Shown piece after piece: positions 39,236 to 52,177 of a DNA stretch of 64,000 nt (position 1 is the first letter of the stretch; each line of letters starts with the position of its first letter). Under the pieces are notes generated by a model. It did no database searches, had not been told where the DNA came from, and was given only the letters and a program-made list of their open reading frames with translations. Source of the DNA: Malacoraja senta (taxonomy: Eukaryota); contig CM075988.1 of assembly GCA_038087875.1 (NCBI GenBank), positions 21,082,001 through 21,146,000 on the forward strand. Direction: 5' to 3'. The position numbers were made by a program, and so were the translations under genes.

Positions 39236-39680
39236 GTGGGTCTGAGCCATAGGGAGAGGGTGTGTAGGCTGGGAATCTATACCTTGCATCGCAGGAGGAT
39301 GAGGGATGATCTTATAGAGGTGTACAAGATCATGAGAGGAATAGATCGGGTAGACGCACAGAGTCTCTTGTCCAGAGTAGGGGAATCGAGGACCAGAGGA
39401 CATAGGTTTAAGGTGAGGGAGGAAAGATTTAATCGGAATCTGAGGGGTCACATTTTCACACAAAGGGTGGCGAGTGTATGGAACGAGCTGCCAGAGGAGG
39501 TGGTTGAGGCTGGGACTATTGCAACGTTTAAGAAACAGTTAGACAGGTACATGGATGGGACAGGTTTGGAGGGTTAAGGACCAAATGCGGGCTGGTGGGA
39601 CTAGTGTAGCTGGGACATGTTGGCCGGCGTGGGCAAGTTGGGCCGAAGGGCCTGTTTCCACACAGTATCAGTCTATGACA
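39236..39680 (+). mobile_element. CR1/HER1-like LINE 3' fragment whose tail matches the HE1 SINE tail (also ~815-1110 +, 11633-12070 -, 19760-19940 -, 32110-32450 -, 45965-46350 +, 54948-55150 -, 56185-56470 -)
   Basis: ORF2 tail RRRMRDDLIEVYKIMRGIDRVD..RTRGHRFKV..WNELPEEVVEAGT. The 3' UTR ends GGGCCGAAGGGCCTGTTTCC.CAC.GTAT, the same as the SINE tail. Confidence 0.85.
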
Positions 39681-40217
39681 CTGCAAGTTACAAGCACTTT
39701 TCATAGCCATGGAAGGGCCATAATTCCCGAGCTGCAGATTGATGCAGAATTCCTGGAGGAATACTCAACCTTTAATGCTGAGCCGTTCCTTGCAAGCCGT
39801 CCACTTGTCCAGTAGGAGAGACAGTTTCCCCCTTTATCCTGCCTCTGACGCTCTCTCATGCGCTGTGTTGGTTATATTGCAGCTCAGTCTCCTCCAGGGG
39901 TAAATTGGCATTTTGCAACAGTCTCCTTATTGATCAATCTCACATTGCGGACATGTAACCAAATGTAATAACTGATCCCCATCAAAATCTGGGAAAATCA
40001 TTCTGGGGGGGAGAGTTCCTGCATCAGCATTCCTGACACACGTGCCAGTAAAGCAAATCATTCCCCCCCCCCCTAGTCCATGGATGTTTGAGTCCCAAAG
40101 ATTAACGGGATGAGAATCACTGCCCTCATGGAGTTGAGAGATACATTGTGGAAAAAGGCCCTTCGGCCCACCGAGTCCATGCCGACCTGCAATCACCCCG
40201 TACACTAGCACTATCCT

Positions 40218-40297
40218 ACACACACACGCACACACACACACACACACAGGCACACGCACGCACACACACACACACGCACACACGCACACACACACAC

Positions 40298-40345
<48 letters not shown>

Positions 40346-40400
40346 GCACACACACACACGCACACACACAGACACGCGCACACACACACACACGCACACA

Positions 40401-40449
<49 letters not shown>

Positions 40450-40544
40450 ACACGCACACACACACACACACGCACACACACACACACACACAGACACACA
40501 CACACACACACACAGACACACACATACACACACACACACACACA

Positions 40545-40589
<45 letters not shown>

Positions 40590-40604
40590 ACACACACACG
40601 CACG

Positions 40605-40678
<74 letters not shown>
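40218..40678. repeat. ~460-bp imperfect (CA)n microsatellite inside a minus-strand HE1 SINE (~40133-40875)
   Basis: Directly visible. SINE sequence CACTATCCTACAC continues as GGGCAATTCACAGAAGCC on the other side. Confidence 0.95.
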
Positions 40679-40679
<1 letters not shown>

Positions 40680-42978
40680 GGCAATTCACAGAAGCCAATT
40701 AACCTACAAACCTGCACGTCTTTGGAGTGTGGGAGGAAACCGGAGCACCCGGAGAAAACCCACGCGGTCACAGGGAGAACGTGCGAATTCTGTCCACTTA
40801 CAGCAGCCGTGGTCAGGATCGAACCCGGGTCCCCGGCGTGTCAGGCAGCAACTCTACCGCTGTGCCACCATGCCACACCAATAGATTTCCCAGAGGGAAA
40901 TTCTCACATCCATTATAGATGCAGAAATGAAACAAAAATCTCCATTTTGAACTTGCTATGAATTTGATGTAACCAATCAGATTGGCCAAGGAAAGTTTCA
41001 CCGTGCTTGGGATGAAAATTAGAGATTTTTTTAACGCAATAAAAATAGGGCTCGTTTAAAGATGCTACGACATGTTTTTCAGTAGTTTAGTTTCGAGATA
41101 TAGCGCGGAAACAGGCCCTTCGGCCCACCGAGCGGCGATCCCCACACACTAACACTATCCTACACGCAGGGACAATTTTTACCAAAGCAAATTAACCTAC
41201 AAACCTGCATGTCTTTGGACTGTGGGAGGAGACCGGAGCTCGCAGCAAAACCCCCACGCTGGTCACGGGGAGAACATGCAAACTCCGTACAGACAGCATC
41301 CGTAGTCAGGATCAAACACAGGTCTCGGGCGCTGTGAGGCAGCAACTCTACCGCTGCGCCACCGTGGTTCAGAACAGGAGGAATGCCGTCTGTGAAGATT
41401 GTAAAATGACAACTTGTTTATGATGACAGATGTCTGCGACTTATTTAGAAAGTCTAGAGTTGGTTCACGTCAACAGATAATTAAATTAGAGGCATTAGTC
41501 ATTCATTTGGTGAAATTTAGATTGAATAAACATTGAAATGGACCATCACCTCCAATACACTGACATTAACATGAATATTGCACTTCATCATAAACTTTCC
41601 GAATGATCCAGTATTTTAATTGATTTAATTGTGGCGATTATGCGGTTAGCTGTTTAGTCCTATTTTAAAATATATAATTAGGTTGGCATCCGTCCATCTG
41701 CGAGAGATGATGGTGTGGCTTTGACATTGTCCTGAAGATAGACATAAAATGCTGGAGTAACTCAGCGGGGCAGGCAGCATCTGCGGAGAGGAGGAATGGC
41801 TGATGTGTCGGGTCGAGACCCTTCTTCAACGTTGCCCTGCTTGGAGAGGGGAATGTTTCACCTGTGCTGGCATTTCCCGCTGTGGCTGACGAGGCTTGTC
41901 CATGACAGGCAGACTCTCCCACAGCTACAACAGGTGATGTTGTCTGACATTTAGACCAGAGATTACAACATAAAAACAGGCCCTTCGGCCCACTGAGTCC
42001 CTGCCAACCAGCCTCTCCTGCCAACCTTGTACACTAGCACTCTCCTACACACTGGGGACAGTTTACAAAAGCCAAATAACCTACAAACCATTGAATCTCA
42101 TTGAAACATATAAGATTGTTAAGGGCTTGGACACGCTAGAGGCAGGAAACATGTTCCCGATGTTGGGGGAGTCCAGAACCAGGGGTCACAGTTTAAGAAT
42201 AAGGAGTAAGCCATTTAGAACGGAGACGAGGAAACACTTTTTCTCACAGAGAGTGGTGAGTCTGTGGAATTCTCTGCCTCAGAGGGCGGTGGAGGTGGGT
42301 TCTCTGGATGCTTTCAAGAGAGAGCTAGATAGGGCTCTTAAAAATAGCGGAGTCAGGGGATATGGGGAGAAGGCAGGAACGGGGTACTGCTTGGGGATGA
42401 TCAGCCATGATCACATCGAAGGGCCAAATGGCCTACTCCTGCACCTATTATCTATTGTCTATTGTCATAAACCGGTACATTTATGGAATGTGGGAGACTC
42501 GGGTTTGATCCTGACTACGGGTACTGTCAGTACGGAGTTTGTGCGTTCTCCCTGTGACCTGCGTGGGTTTTCCCAAGGTGCTCATGGAGTCTTTTACTCC
42601 CCTGTTGCTTGAAATCACCTCATTTGTCCTGTTCGGGATGTTTGCAGGACCCTGAGTTTGAGGTTAGTTTATGGTCACTTCTGCTGCGTGCTATCCAGTC
42701 AGCGGAAGGACTATACATGCATGTCACTTCCAGCTGAACAGAACCATGAATGAGAAACAGCCAGTGTGTCCGTCCATCTTGCGGGAGAAGTCATCGCATT
42801 AAGTTACCAATTCAGTCACGCCACCTTTTTGTAGCTAACACATGCAGGACCGGAATTCATTTAGTTTAGTTTAGTTTAGAGATACAGTGTGGAAACAGGC
42901 CTATCGGCCCAACGAGTCCGCACCGACCAGTGATCCCCGCACATTCACACTACCGTACACACACAAGGGACATTGTAA

Positions 42979-43195
42979 TGGTCCTGTCCCACTTAGGTGA
43001 TTTGTTGGGCGACTACAGGCGACTGCCGCAAATTTTTCAACATGTTGAAACATTTTCGGCGACAGTGGCGACAATTTTTGCTGTCATAGGTTTACGTGGA
43101 TGCTCTCGTAGGTTGTCGCCAGGTGTTGCAGGTGAATTCCATTAAAACTAGTCCCTGGCAGTCACCTAAAGAGTCCCCTAAGTGGGACAGGCCCT
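42979..43195. mobile_element. PIF/Harbinger-type MITE nested in a HE1 SINE
   Basis: TIRs (T/A)GG(T/G)CCTGTCCCACTTAGG. TAA TSD at 42976-78 and 43196-98. Confidence 0.78.
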
Positions 43196-43569
43196 TAACA
43201 TTCCTATCGAGCCAATTAACCTATAAACCAGTACGTCTTTGGAGTGTGGGAGGAAACCGAAGATCTCGGAGAAAACCCACGAGGTCACGGGGAGAACGTA
43301 CAAACTCCGCACAGACAGCACCCGTAGTCAGGATTGAATCCAGGTCTCTGGCGCTGCAAGCCGGCAACTCTACCGCATTAATTTAAGGTTTTCCTTAAGG
43401 ACCGGATTTCATTTCTATTTCTTTAAAGGATGATTTGCAAAATGCTGCGTTTGCCTTTTTGTGCCGACCTCTGTTCAGAATAGCTGCCCTGTAATTAAAA
43501 TGGCCTCTGCTGGGCTGTGATTGCGCAGTTGCCGGAGTTGTTTGGCTGTGGGCAGAGCTGATGGCTTCA

Positions 43570-43800
43570 TGTGTAGGAAAGAACTGCAGATGCTGGTTTA
43601 AGTCGAAGGTGGACACAAAAAGCTGGAGTAACTCAGCGGGACAGGCAGCATCTCTGGAGAGAAGGAATGGGTGACGTTTCGGGTCGAGACCCTTCTTCAG
43701 ACAGATGTCAGGGGAGTGAGCGGTACAGAGATAGAATGTAGTCAGAGACAGTATGACTGGTCGGAGGACTGGGAAGGGGGATAGGATGGAGAGAGAGGGA
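43570..43800 (-). mobile_element. Penelope pLTR/3' UTR fragment, intact hammerhead-like motif on minus at 43673-43700
   Basis: Same UTR and tail as 20852-21090, reverse orientation. Confidence 0.75.
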
Positions 43801-46800
43801 GATCTTAATGCTGCTGCTTTCCCCACCTGAATTCTGGATTGACTTTAGATTTTAATTCATTCCTTTTAATGTTGGATACCTGTCCATCGGGAATCCATCT
43901 CCGCAACGCAACATTATCCTGCCTGGGATGGATCTCAACCAACCCCACCACAAATCACAGGCAGAGAGACACAAAATGCTGGAGTAACTCAGTGGGTCAG
44001 GCAGCATCGCTGGAGAAAAAGGAATAGGTGATGTTTCGGGTCGAGACACTTCTTCAGACCAGCTTTTTGTGTCTATCCGGTTTGAACCAGCATCTGCGGT
44101 TTAAAGGACGGCGCAGCGGTAGAGTTGCTGCCTTGCAGCATTTACAGCGCCACAGACCCAGGTTCGATCCCGACTTCAGGCGCAGTTTGCACGCTCTCCC
44201 TGTGACCGCGTGCGTGGGTTTTCTCATGGGTGCTCAGGTTTCCTCCCACACTCCAAAGACGTACAGGTTTGTTGGCTTAGATACATAGATACATAGAAAA
44301 TAGGTGCAGGAGTAGGCCATTCGGCCCTTCGAGCCTGCACCGCCATTCAATATGATCATGGCTGATCATCCAACTCAGTATCCCGTACCTGCCTTCTCTC
44401 CATACCCCCTGATCCCCTTAGCCACAAGGGCCACATCTAACTCCCTCTTAAATATAGCCAATGAACTGGCCTCAACTACCCTCTGTGGCAGAGAGTTCCA
44501 GAGATTCACCACTCTCTGTGTGAAAAAGGTTTTTCCTCATCTCGGTCTTAAAGGATTTCCCCCTTATCCTTAATTGGCTTCGGAAAAGGTTGTCAATTAT
44601 CCCTAATGTGGAGGAGTGTGCTAGTGTAGGGGGGTCGCTGGTTGACACCGACTCGGTGGGCCGAAGGGACTATTTCCTCACTGTAACTCCAAACTAAACC
44701 AAACTAAACTAATGCCTCAGTCTCCTCCACTCCATGGAGAGCCGTCAATGCCTATCCACCAAAGGGCACAAAGTGCTGATAATTTAACTATTTATGGGTT
44801 CCCATGCATTATTCTAACGTACAGAATAATAGTCCAGGCTGCCAGTTATCTCAAGGCCACTTATTTTGCGTTTAGTTTAGAGATACAGCACGGAAACAGG
44901 CCTTTCGGCCCACCGAATCTGTGCCAACTATCACCACCCACACATTAACACTATCCTTCACACACCAAGGACAATTTGCAAATTTACCAAGCCAACTAAC
45001 CGACAAACCTGTACGTCTTTTGTTAAATATCTGTACGCATGGATATCAACGTTGACCTTGGCCATTGTGCTTGTTATTGATCTAGCAGGGAGTCAGGGGT
45101 TAGGGGGAGAAGGCGGGAGAAAGGGGTTAGGAGGGAGAGATGGATCAGCCACGATTGAATGGTGGAGTGGACTTGATGGGCCGAATGGCCTAATTCTGTT
45201 CCTATCACTTATGAACTTACAAAACATCCATTCTCAAACATCCGTGACTGAAGAAGTGCGAAGTTTTTGTTGGCCTAGACTGGCAAATGGTTATCTGTGG
45301 GATGTTGACCTGCATGGAGGAATGCACTCAGACGCTGGCTGTTATTTTGGGAAACCACTAGACAGATTCAGCTATAAATAAGCGTGCGATGGTGCACATC
45401 ACTGCCAACCTCAGACACACTAACATTCCTGTAGAAGCAAGGAACTGCATATGCTGGTTTACTTTTTTTTAAAAAGGGCACATAGTGCTGGAGTAACTCA
45501 GCGGGTCAGGCAGCATCTCTGGAGATTATGGATGGGTGACTTTTCGGGTCTGGACCCTTCTGCAGATTGATTCAAACATGGATAGGTGAAGTCGATAGGT
45601 GTGTCTGAAGAAGGATTCTGACCCGAAATGTCACCTATTCATTTTCTCCAGAGATTCTGCCTGACCCGCTGAATTGCTCCAGCATTTTGTGTTTATCTTC
45701 AGTATAAACCAGCATCTGCAGTTCCTTGTGTAGGGAAGAAGGGTCTGAAAGAGATACTGCCTCCACATGGGTAGATGATGTTTCAGGTCAGAGCCCTTCA
45801 TCGATCCATGTTCTCCAGAGATGCTGCCCGACACGCTGAGTTACTCCAGTACTTTGCATCTTCCTTTTAAGCCAAAATTCCTTTTCAATACGCGTTCTAT
45901 TAGAGTCATACAGCACGGAGCAGGCCCTTCGGCCCGACTCATCCATACCGACCAAGGCTAAGGGGTGATGAGGGGGGACCTTATAGAGGTGTACAAAATC
46001 ATGAGAGGAATAGATCGGGTAGACGCACAGAGTCACTTGCCCAGAGTAGGGGAAACAAGAACCAGAGGGCATAGGTTTAAGGTGAAGGGGGAAAGATTTA
46101 ACAGGTATCTGAGGGGTAGCTTTTTCACACAAGAGGTGGTGGGTGTGTGGAACAAGCTGCCAGAGGAGATAGTTGTGACAGGGACTATCGCTACGTTTAA
46201 GAAATAGTTAGACCGATACATGGATAGGACAGGTTTGGAGGGATATGGGCCAAACACAGGCAGGTGGGACTAGTGTAGATGGGACATGTTGGTCGGGTTG
46301 CGCAAGTTGGGCCAAAGGTCCTGTTTCCACGCTGTATCACTCTATGACTCTAAGCTTGTCCCTTTTGCTTACGTTTGGCCCATATCCCTCTAAACCTTTC
46401 CTATGCAAGCACCTAATGGATGTAGGTACACTACCTGCCTCAACTGCCTCCTCTGGCAGCTCGTTCCATACACCCATCATATACCCACCTTCTGAACCTT
46501 CTGAATTTTGTAGTCGGCAGGGCAGTACTCTGCATATCGCCAACTTGGACAATTTTTACATTTTTATCAAGCCAATTAACCTACAAACCTGTACGTTTTT
46601 GGAGTGTGGGAGGAAACTGAAGATCTCGGCGAAAACCCACGCAGATCACGGGGAGAACGTACAAACTCCGTACAGATAGTCGGGATCGAACCCGGGCCTC
46701 TGGCGCTGCATTTTGCTGTAAGGCAGCAACTCTACCGCTGTGCCACCGTGACCACCAGTCTCTGAGTGAAAAAGTTCTGACCTCCGATCTGCCACATTGG

Positions 46801-46976
46801 CATCTGACGTGCAGGCTGTAGACACAAAAAGCTGGAGTAACCCAGCGGGAGGGATGTGCCATCCCGACTGTGTGACGTCCTTGCCTTTGGAGAGCTGCTC
46901 CCTTTTGCCAGGGGAGTGTAAAATCCTCCATCGATGAATGTTTGCTCCTCGTTGAGATTTTCCTTTCTAATTTCAG

Positions 46977-47189
46977 TGACCGGGGATGCCAGCATCATTT
47001 CCTGGTACCTGCCAAACGGGGACAAGATAGACCCGAATCAGCAGCGGATCGTCGTGGTCAAAGTAAGCGACATATCTTCCAGTCTCACCCTGTACAGCGC
47101 CAACGTGGATGACGCGGGGATTTACAAATGCGTGGCCACCTCGAAGGACGGAAATGAATCCGAGGCCACCGTTAACGTCAAGATCTATC
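46977..47189 (+). CDS. NCAM1: NCAM1-like coding exon (exon 3 equivalent; rest of Ig1), 213 nt, phase 1-1
   Basis: tttcag| acceptor and C|gtaagt donor. Encodes VTGDASIISWYLPNGDKIDPNQQRIVVVKVSDISSSLTLYSANVDDAGIYKCVATSKDGNESEATVNVKIY, with the Ig W and DxGxYxC motifs. Confidence 0.95.
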
Positions 47190-47763
47190 GTAAGTCACCG
47201 ATCAGTATCTTGTGTTTCTTTTGGGTAGAACCGCACGTTGGAAAAATATCGTGCTCGTTCCTCGTTGGTTCATCCGCTCGCATTGTGAAATCAGAACGTT
47301 AGGCTGGTGACGATGAGGTTTTACATGAGGTTTTTAATTTCCTTTGTTAATGTTAGTCTGGCATTTGGGGGGTGGGGGGAGGTGAGAGAACAAGGAGGGA
47401 CTGTGGGAAGAATGGGGGAGGGAATGTGGAAGGAAGAGGGACTATATTGAATACTTTTGCGCCCTTTACATGGGGACTTGCATAATTGTACTGCGTGCAA
47501 AGAATCTCGCTGTACCAAGTACACGGGTATCAATCAGCGTATTGAACGACCGTACTGATGCCCGCTGTCGAGCCGCAACCCCATGGGGCTGTGGAGCGGG
47601 ATTCGTGACAATGTCTGGCGTACGTGCCGCGGATGTTCGTGCGTGCCACGGATGTTCTCCGCAGTTGATCCGGCGGTGGGATTAACCGGGCCGGGGCTGG
47701 GGAAGCGCGCGTGTGCGGTGGTGTTGTGTGTTTTTTGCAGCTCTGTGATTTTATCGTCCGCAG

Positions 47764-47907
47764 AAAAGCTGGAGTTCAGGAACGCTCCGTCTCCACAGGA
47801 GTTCAAGGTGGGCGAGGACGCCGTGGTCATTTGCGACTCGGTCAGCTCGCCCCCACCCACCATCACCTGGAAACACCGGGGCAGGGACGTGCTCCTGAGG
47901 AAAGACG
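47764..47907 (+). CDS. NCAM1: NCAM1-like coding exon (exon 4 equivalent; first half of Ig2 incl. basic heparin-binding segment), 144 nt
   Basis: ccgcag| acceptor and G|gtgagt donor. Encodes QKLEFRNAPSPQEFKVGEDAVVICDSVSSPPPTITWKHRGRDVLLRKD, compared with NCAM1 QKLMFKNAPTPQEFREGEDAVIVCDVVSSLPPTIIWKHKGRDVILKKD. Confidence 0.95.
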
Positions 47908-50654
47908 GTGAGTAAAAAAAACACTCTCGCCCAGAGAGACGCTTCAGGCCATGTCTTGGCCGAAACTCGCTCGCCCCTCTCGGTTACTGATTGTTCACTT
48001 GTAGAAAGAAGTCTGGTGTATAGTCCCAGATGTTAGTGGTCACTGCGACCAGCCATATCTCCGTCCTGCAGGTGAAACTTGCAGCGTTACATAATATTGA
48101 TGTGTACATCTTGGATGTTTGCAAGAGAGAGTTAGATTTAGCTCTTGGGGACTAATGGAATCAGGGGATGTGGAGAGAAAGCGGGAACGGGGGTACTGAT
48201 TTTGGATGATCAGCCATGATCATATTGAACTCGAAGGGCCGAATGGCCTCTCCTGCGCCTAGTTTCTATGTACAGCACAGGAACAGGCCCTTCGGCCCAC
48301 AGTGTCCATGCTGTACACGATGTAAATCTAGGCTAATCTCCTCTGCTCATGTTGGGGTTCACAGAATGTAACCCTCATGTAAGTTGGGGAGTGCCTGAAC
48401 AGTGATTGTAATACAATAAGTTAATAATCAGTGATACTAGGTCACCATAACAGTGCAAACTAAGTGCCCAGTGCAATCACAATCACAGAAGGTCACAGTT
48501 GCTGGGGTTAGTGTTGCGCTCGAGAACCTGATGGTTCTTAAGTTCTACGACCAGAATTAGACCATTTGGCCCATCAAGTCTACACTGCCATTCAATCATG
48601 GCTGGTCTATATTTTCCTCTCAACTCCATTCTCCTGAAGAAAGGTTTTGGCCCGAAACGTTGCCTATTTCCTTCGCTCCATAGATGCTGCTGCACCCGCT
48701 GAGTTTCTCCAGCATTTTTGTCTACCTTTGGCCTCTGCAGACATCTGCAGACCCACAAGTAGACGACCCTATGGAGAGGAGAGGACGGTCATACACGTTG
48801 CGAGTGCCCGTCGATGATTCTATGTTTCACACAGTAAGCTTTGGTCCTTGTCACTGGTCCAACAGTGGCCCATCCTTGTGTGTGGCAAAGTCACACAGTG
48901 GAGTGTAGAATCTGCCCAGGTTTAGCCAGAAGAAATTTGATAGCTGTAGTTTAGTCAAGGCATTGGAATGTTTAATATGGGAAATGTTGGCAGCTGTGTT
49001 GGTTCATTAGTTTTAGCTTGAGAGCCAACAATCAAATCACAGTACAAGTCTAGGAGCAGTGACATACTGTATTAACCAGGCCAGCTAACTACATTGTCAA
49101 ACCGTTGTGACTTATTCCAGAGCTGCAAGAGAACACAGAGAAATTCTTCAGAACCCGAGTCTAATTAAGTCAATTTCTCCAGGTCCGTTGCTAGCTGAAA
49201 GTATTCACGTCTGTGAACCTTGCTCTGGGTACTCGTTGCCAGAAGTAGCCATGAGTGGGGTCGTTTTGATTAATATGGAAGGCTACATTTCCTAAAATCT
49301 TCCACATCTTTCTTCATGCCAGCATGGAAATCAAAGCAGAGAGAGAGAGAGAGAGATTTAACAAGACTGCTCTCATATTTTTTTGCTTATCCTATTTTCA
49401 AGGGCAGCCATGCGAGTTATGGGTGATGAGAGGATCAGAGTTAATCTTGGTCATTGAGGTTTTCATCGAGGGCTTGTACTCAACAGAGATTTTTTTTTAA
49501 GTTCTCTTGTTTTCAGATATGTTTACACCAATTAGCTCAAGCTAGTTTCTCCAGAGACCCGTACATGGAAAGCAATCAATATGCAGAGAGGTCTGTGTCT
49601 CACCTCTCCTTGTTGCTCAGGCCCTCTTTACTCTAGAGGTACGCTATGGGACTAGGCCCACCGAGACCACGCCGACCACGGATAAGCCCATATACTAGCA
49701 CTAATTCCAAACACTAGGGACAAGTTTCAAATAGTAGAAGCTGATTAACCTACAAACCTGAACATCTTTGGAGGCTGGAAGGAAACCCGAGCACCCGGAG
49801 AAAACCCACGCGGTCGCAGGGAGAACGTGCAAACTCCCTACAGACAGCACCCGTGGTCGGGATGGAACCCCCGGGTCCCTGGCGCTGTAAGTCAGCAACT
49901 TTACCACCGTGCCGCCATGTTAGGCAACATCCTCGTCAAATCCTAGACAGTAGCACATGTGACCAGCGGTTAGCACCTACTTGCTCGGGGTGACGGCAGC
50001 CATTTCCTGATTCCCCTTGGAGGGAAATCGGAGGGAAGTGCCGAAGGTAAAGATGTTTAAAGCTGGTGTGAACATGAAAGGCAATCGAACCTCTCCCACG
50101 AGACACCATTACTGGATGGCGGTGACTAATAGCCAGAGAAGGATCTCGGGAATTAGCTGCCAGTGTCTTCCCGCTTAGTGACATGTTGTTGGGATTCACC
50201 CACCTGTTACTGACACAACCTTGACGCTCCAATTTACCTTTGGGTTGAAAAAGCACCTGGAACGCAAAAGTGGTGCAGATACACGAGGTTAATTCCCGGG
50301 ATGGCGGGACTGTCATATGCTGAGAGAATTTAGTTCGGAGATACAGCGCGGAAACAGGCCCTTCGGCCCACCGAGTCCGCGCCGACCAGCGATCCCCGCA
50401 CACTAACACTATCCTACACACACTAGGGGACAATTTACAATCTTTACCAGAAGCCAATTAACCTACAAACCCGCACGTCTTTGGAATGTGGGAGGAAACC
50501 GGAGCACCCGGAGAAAACCCACGCAGGTCACGGGGAGTGGACGTGCAAACTCCGCACAGACAGCACCCGTGGTCCTGGAGTAGAGAGAACTGGAATGTCG
50601 TTCGTCTAATCCTGAATTCCGCACTGGATATTCGCTGGTACGGCAATATCGATC

Positions 50655-51090
50655 TGAATGGAGCAGCTGGGCTTGTACACTCTGGAATTTAGAAGGATGA
50701 GAGGAAATCTTATTGAAACATATAAGCTTATTAAAGGTTTGGACACGCTAGAGGCAGGAAACATGTGCCCGATGTTGGGGGAGTCCAGAACCAGGGGCCA
50801 CTGTTTAAGAATAAGGGGTAAGCCATTTAGAACGGAGATGAGGAAACACTTTTTCTCACAGAGAGTTGTGAGTCTGTGGAATTCTCTGCTTCATAGGGTG
50901 GTGGAGGCCAGTTCCCTGGATACTTTCAAGAGAGAGTTAGATAGGGCTCTTAAAGATAGCGGAGTCAGGGGATATGGGGAGAAGGCAGGAACGGGGTACT
51001 GATTGGGGATGATCAGCCATGATCACATTGAATGGCGGTGCTGGCTCGAAGGGCTGAATGGCCTACTCCTGCACCTATTGTCTTATTGTC
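50655..51090 (+). mobile_element. CR1-clade LINE 3' fragment (same subfamily also at ~13690-14050 +, 28120-28355 +, 34940-35157 +, 42091-42465 +, 44283-44570 -, 26537-26765 -, 54000-54300 +)
   Basis: ORF2 tail EQLGLYTLEFRRMRGNLIETYK...GYGEKAGTGY* and 3' UTR GGCTCGAAGGGC.GAATGGCCTACTCC. Confidence 0.88.
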
Positions 51091-51660
51091 TAATAAGGCA
51101 AGACAGCTGACAAGTAAATAAAATGCTGGAGTAACTCAGCAGTTCAGGCTGCATTTCTGGAGAGAAGGAATGGGAGATGTTTCGGTCGAGACCCTTCTTC
51201 AGGCATCTGCAGTTCTTTCCTACACAAGTAAATAAAATGTTCCCTCCGACTTAATGGCGAGAAGAAAATCCATGTGATTTACGATTTTAAATGGAAATAG
51301 CCATTAATCCCTGATTTATCTTTTTAAAGTTCTGCGGAGGCACCTAATTATTGTGTAATTTTCTGATGCGTTCTTGTGGATGTTGGCAACGACCGGAGTT
51401 TGCTACTGAATAAAAATGCTGCCGTGTCAGTCCAGGGCTCTGAGTGATCGCTTCAGTGATCAGTGTGAAACTAGCCAGGCAGTGTCCCACACATAAGTTC
51501 ATATGTTCTTAGAGAAGAATTAGGCCATTCGGCCCATCAAGTCTACTCCGCCATTCAATCATGGACGATCTATCTCTCCCTCTTGATCCCAGTCTTCTGC
51601 CTTCTCCCCATAACCCTTGACACCCATACTAATCAACAACACACAATCCCTTAGCCCACA

Positions 51661-52177
51661 CCAATCCCAGTGTCCCATACCAATCCCAGTGTCCCCACAC
51701 CAATCCCAGTCCTACACCAATCCCAGTGTCCCCATACCAATCCCAGTGTCCCCACACCAATCCCAGTGTCCCCACACCAATCCCAGTCCTACACCAATCC
51801 CAGTGTCCCCACACCAATCCCACAGTCCCCACACCAATCCCACAGTCCCCACACCAATCCCAGTCCTACACCAATCCCAGTGTCCCCATACCAATCCCAG
51901 TGTCCCCACACCAATCCCAGTGTCCCCACACCAATCCCAGTCCTACACCAATCCCAGTGTCCCCACACCAATCCCACAGTCCCCACACCAATCCCACAGT
52001 CCCCACACCAATCCCAGTCCTACACCAATCCCAGTGTCCCCACACCAATCCCACAGTCCCCACACCAATCCCAGTCCTACACCAATCCCAGTGTCCCCAC
52101 ACCAATCCCACAGTCCCCACACCAATCCCAGTCCTACACCAATCCCAGTGTCCCCACACCAATCCCAGTGTCCAACA
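51661..52177. repeat. Minisatellite of 17/20-bp CCAATCCCA-core units with higher-order structure
   Basis: About 27 units: CCAATCCCAGTGTCCCCACA, CCAATCCCAGTCCTACA and CCAATCCCACAGTCCCCACA. Confidence 0.95.

Noticed and set aside
39927..40771. Long CV/HT-repeat ORFs (160-248 aa)
   Set aside because: Translations of a (CA)n microsatellite, which has no stop codons.
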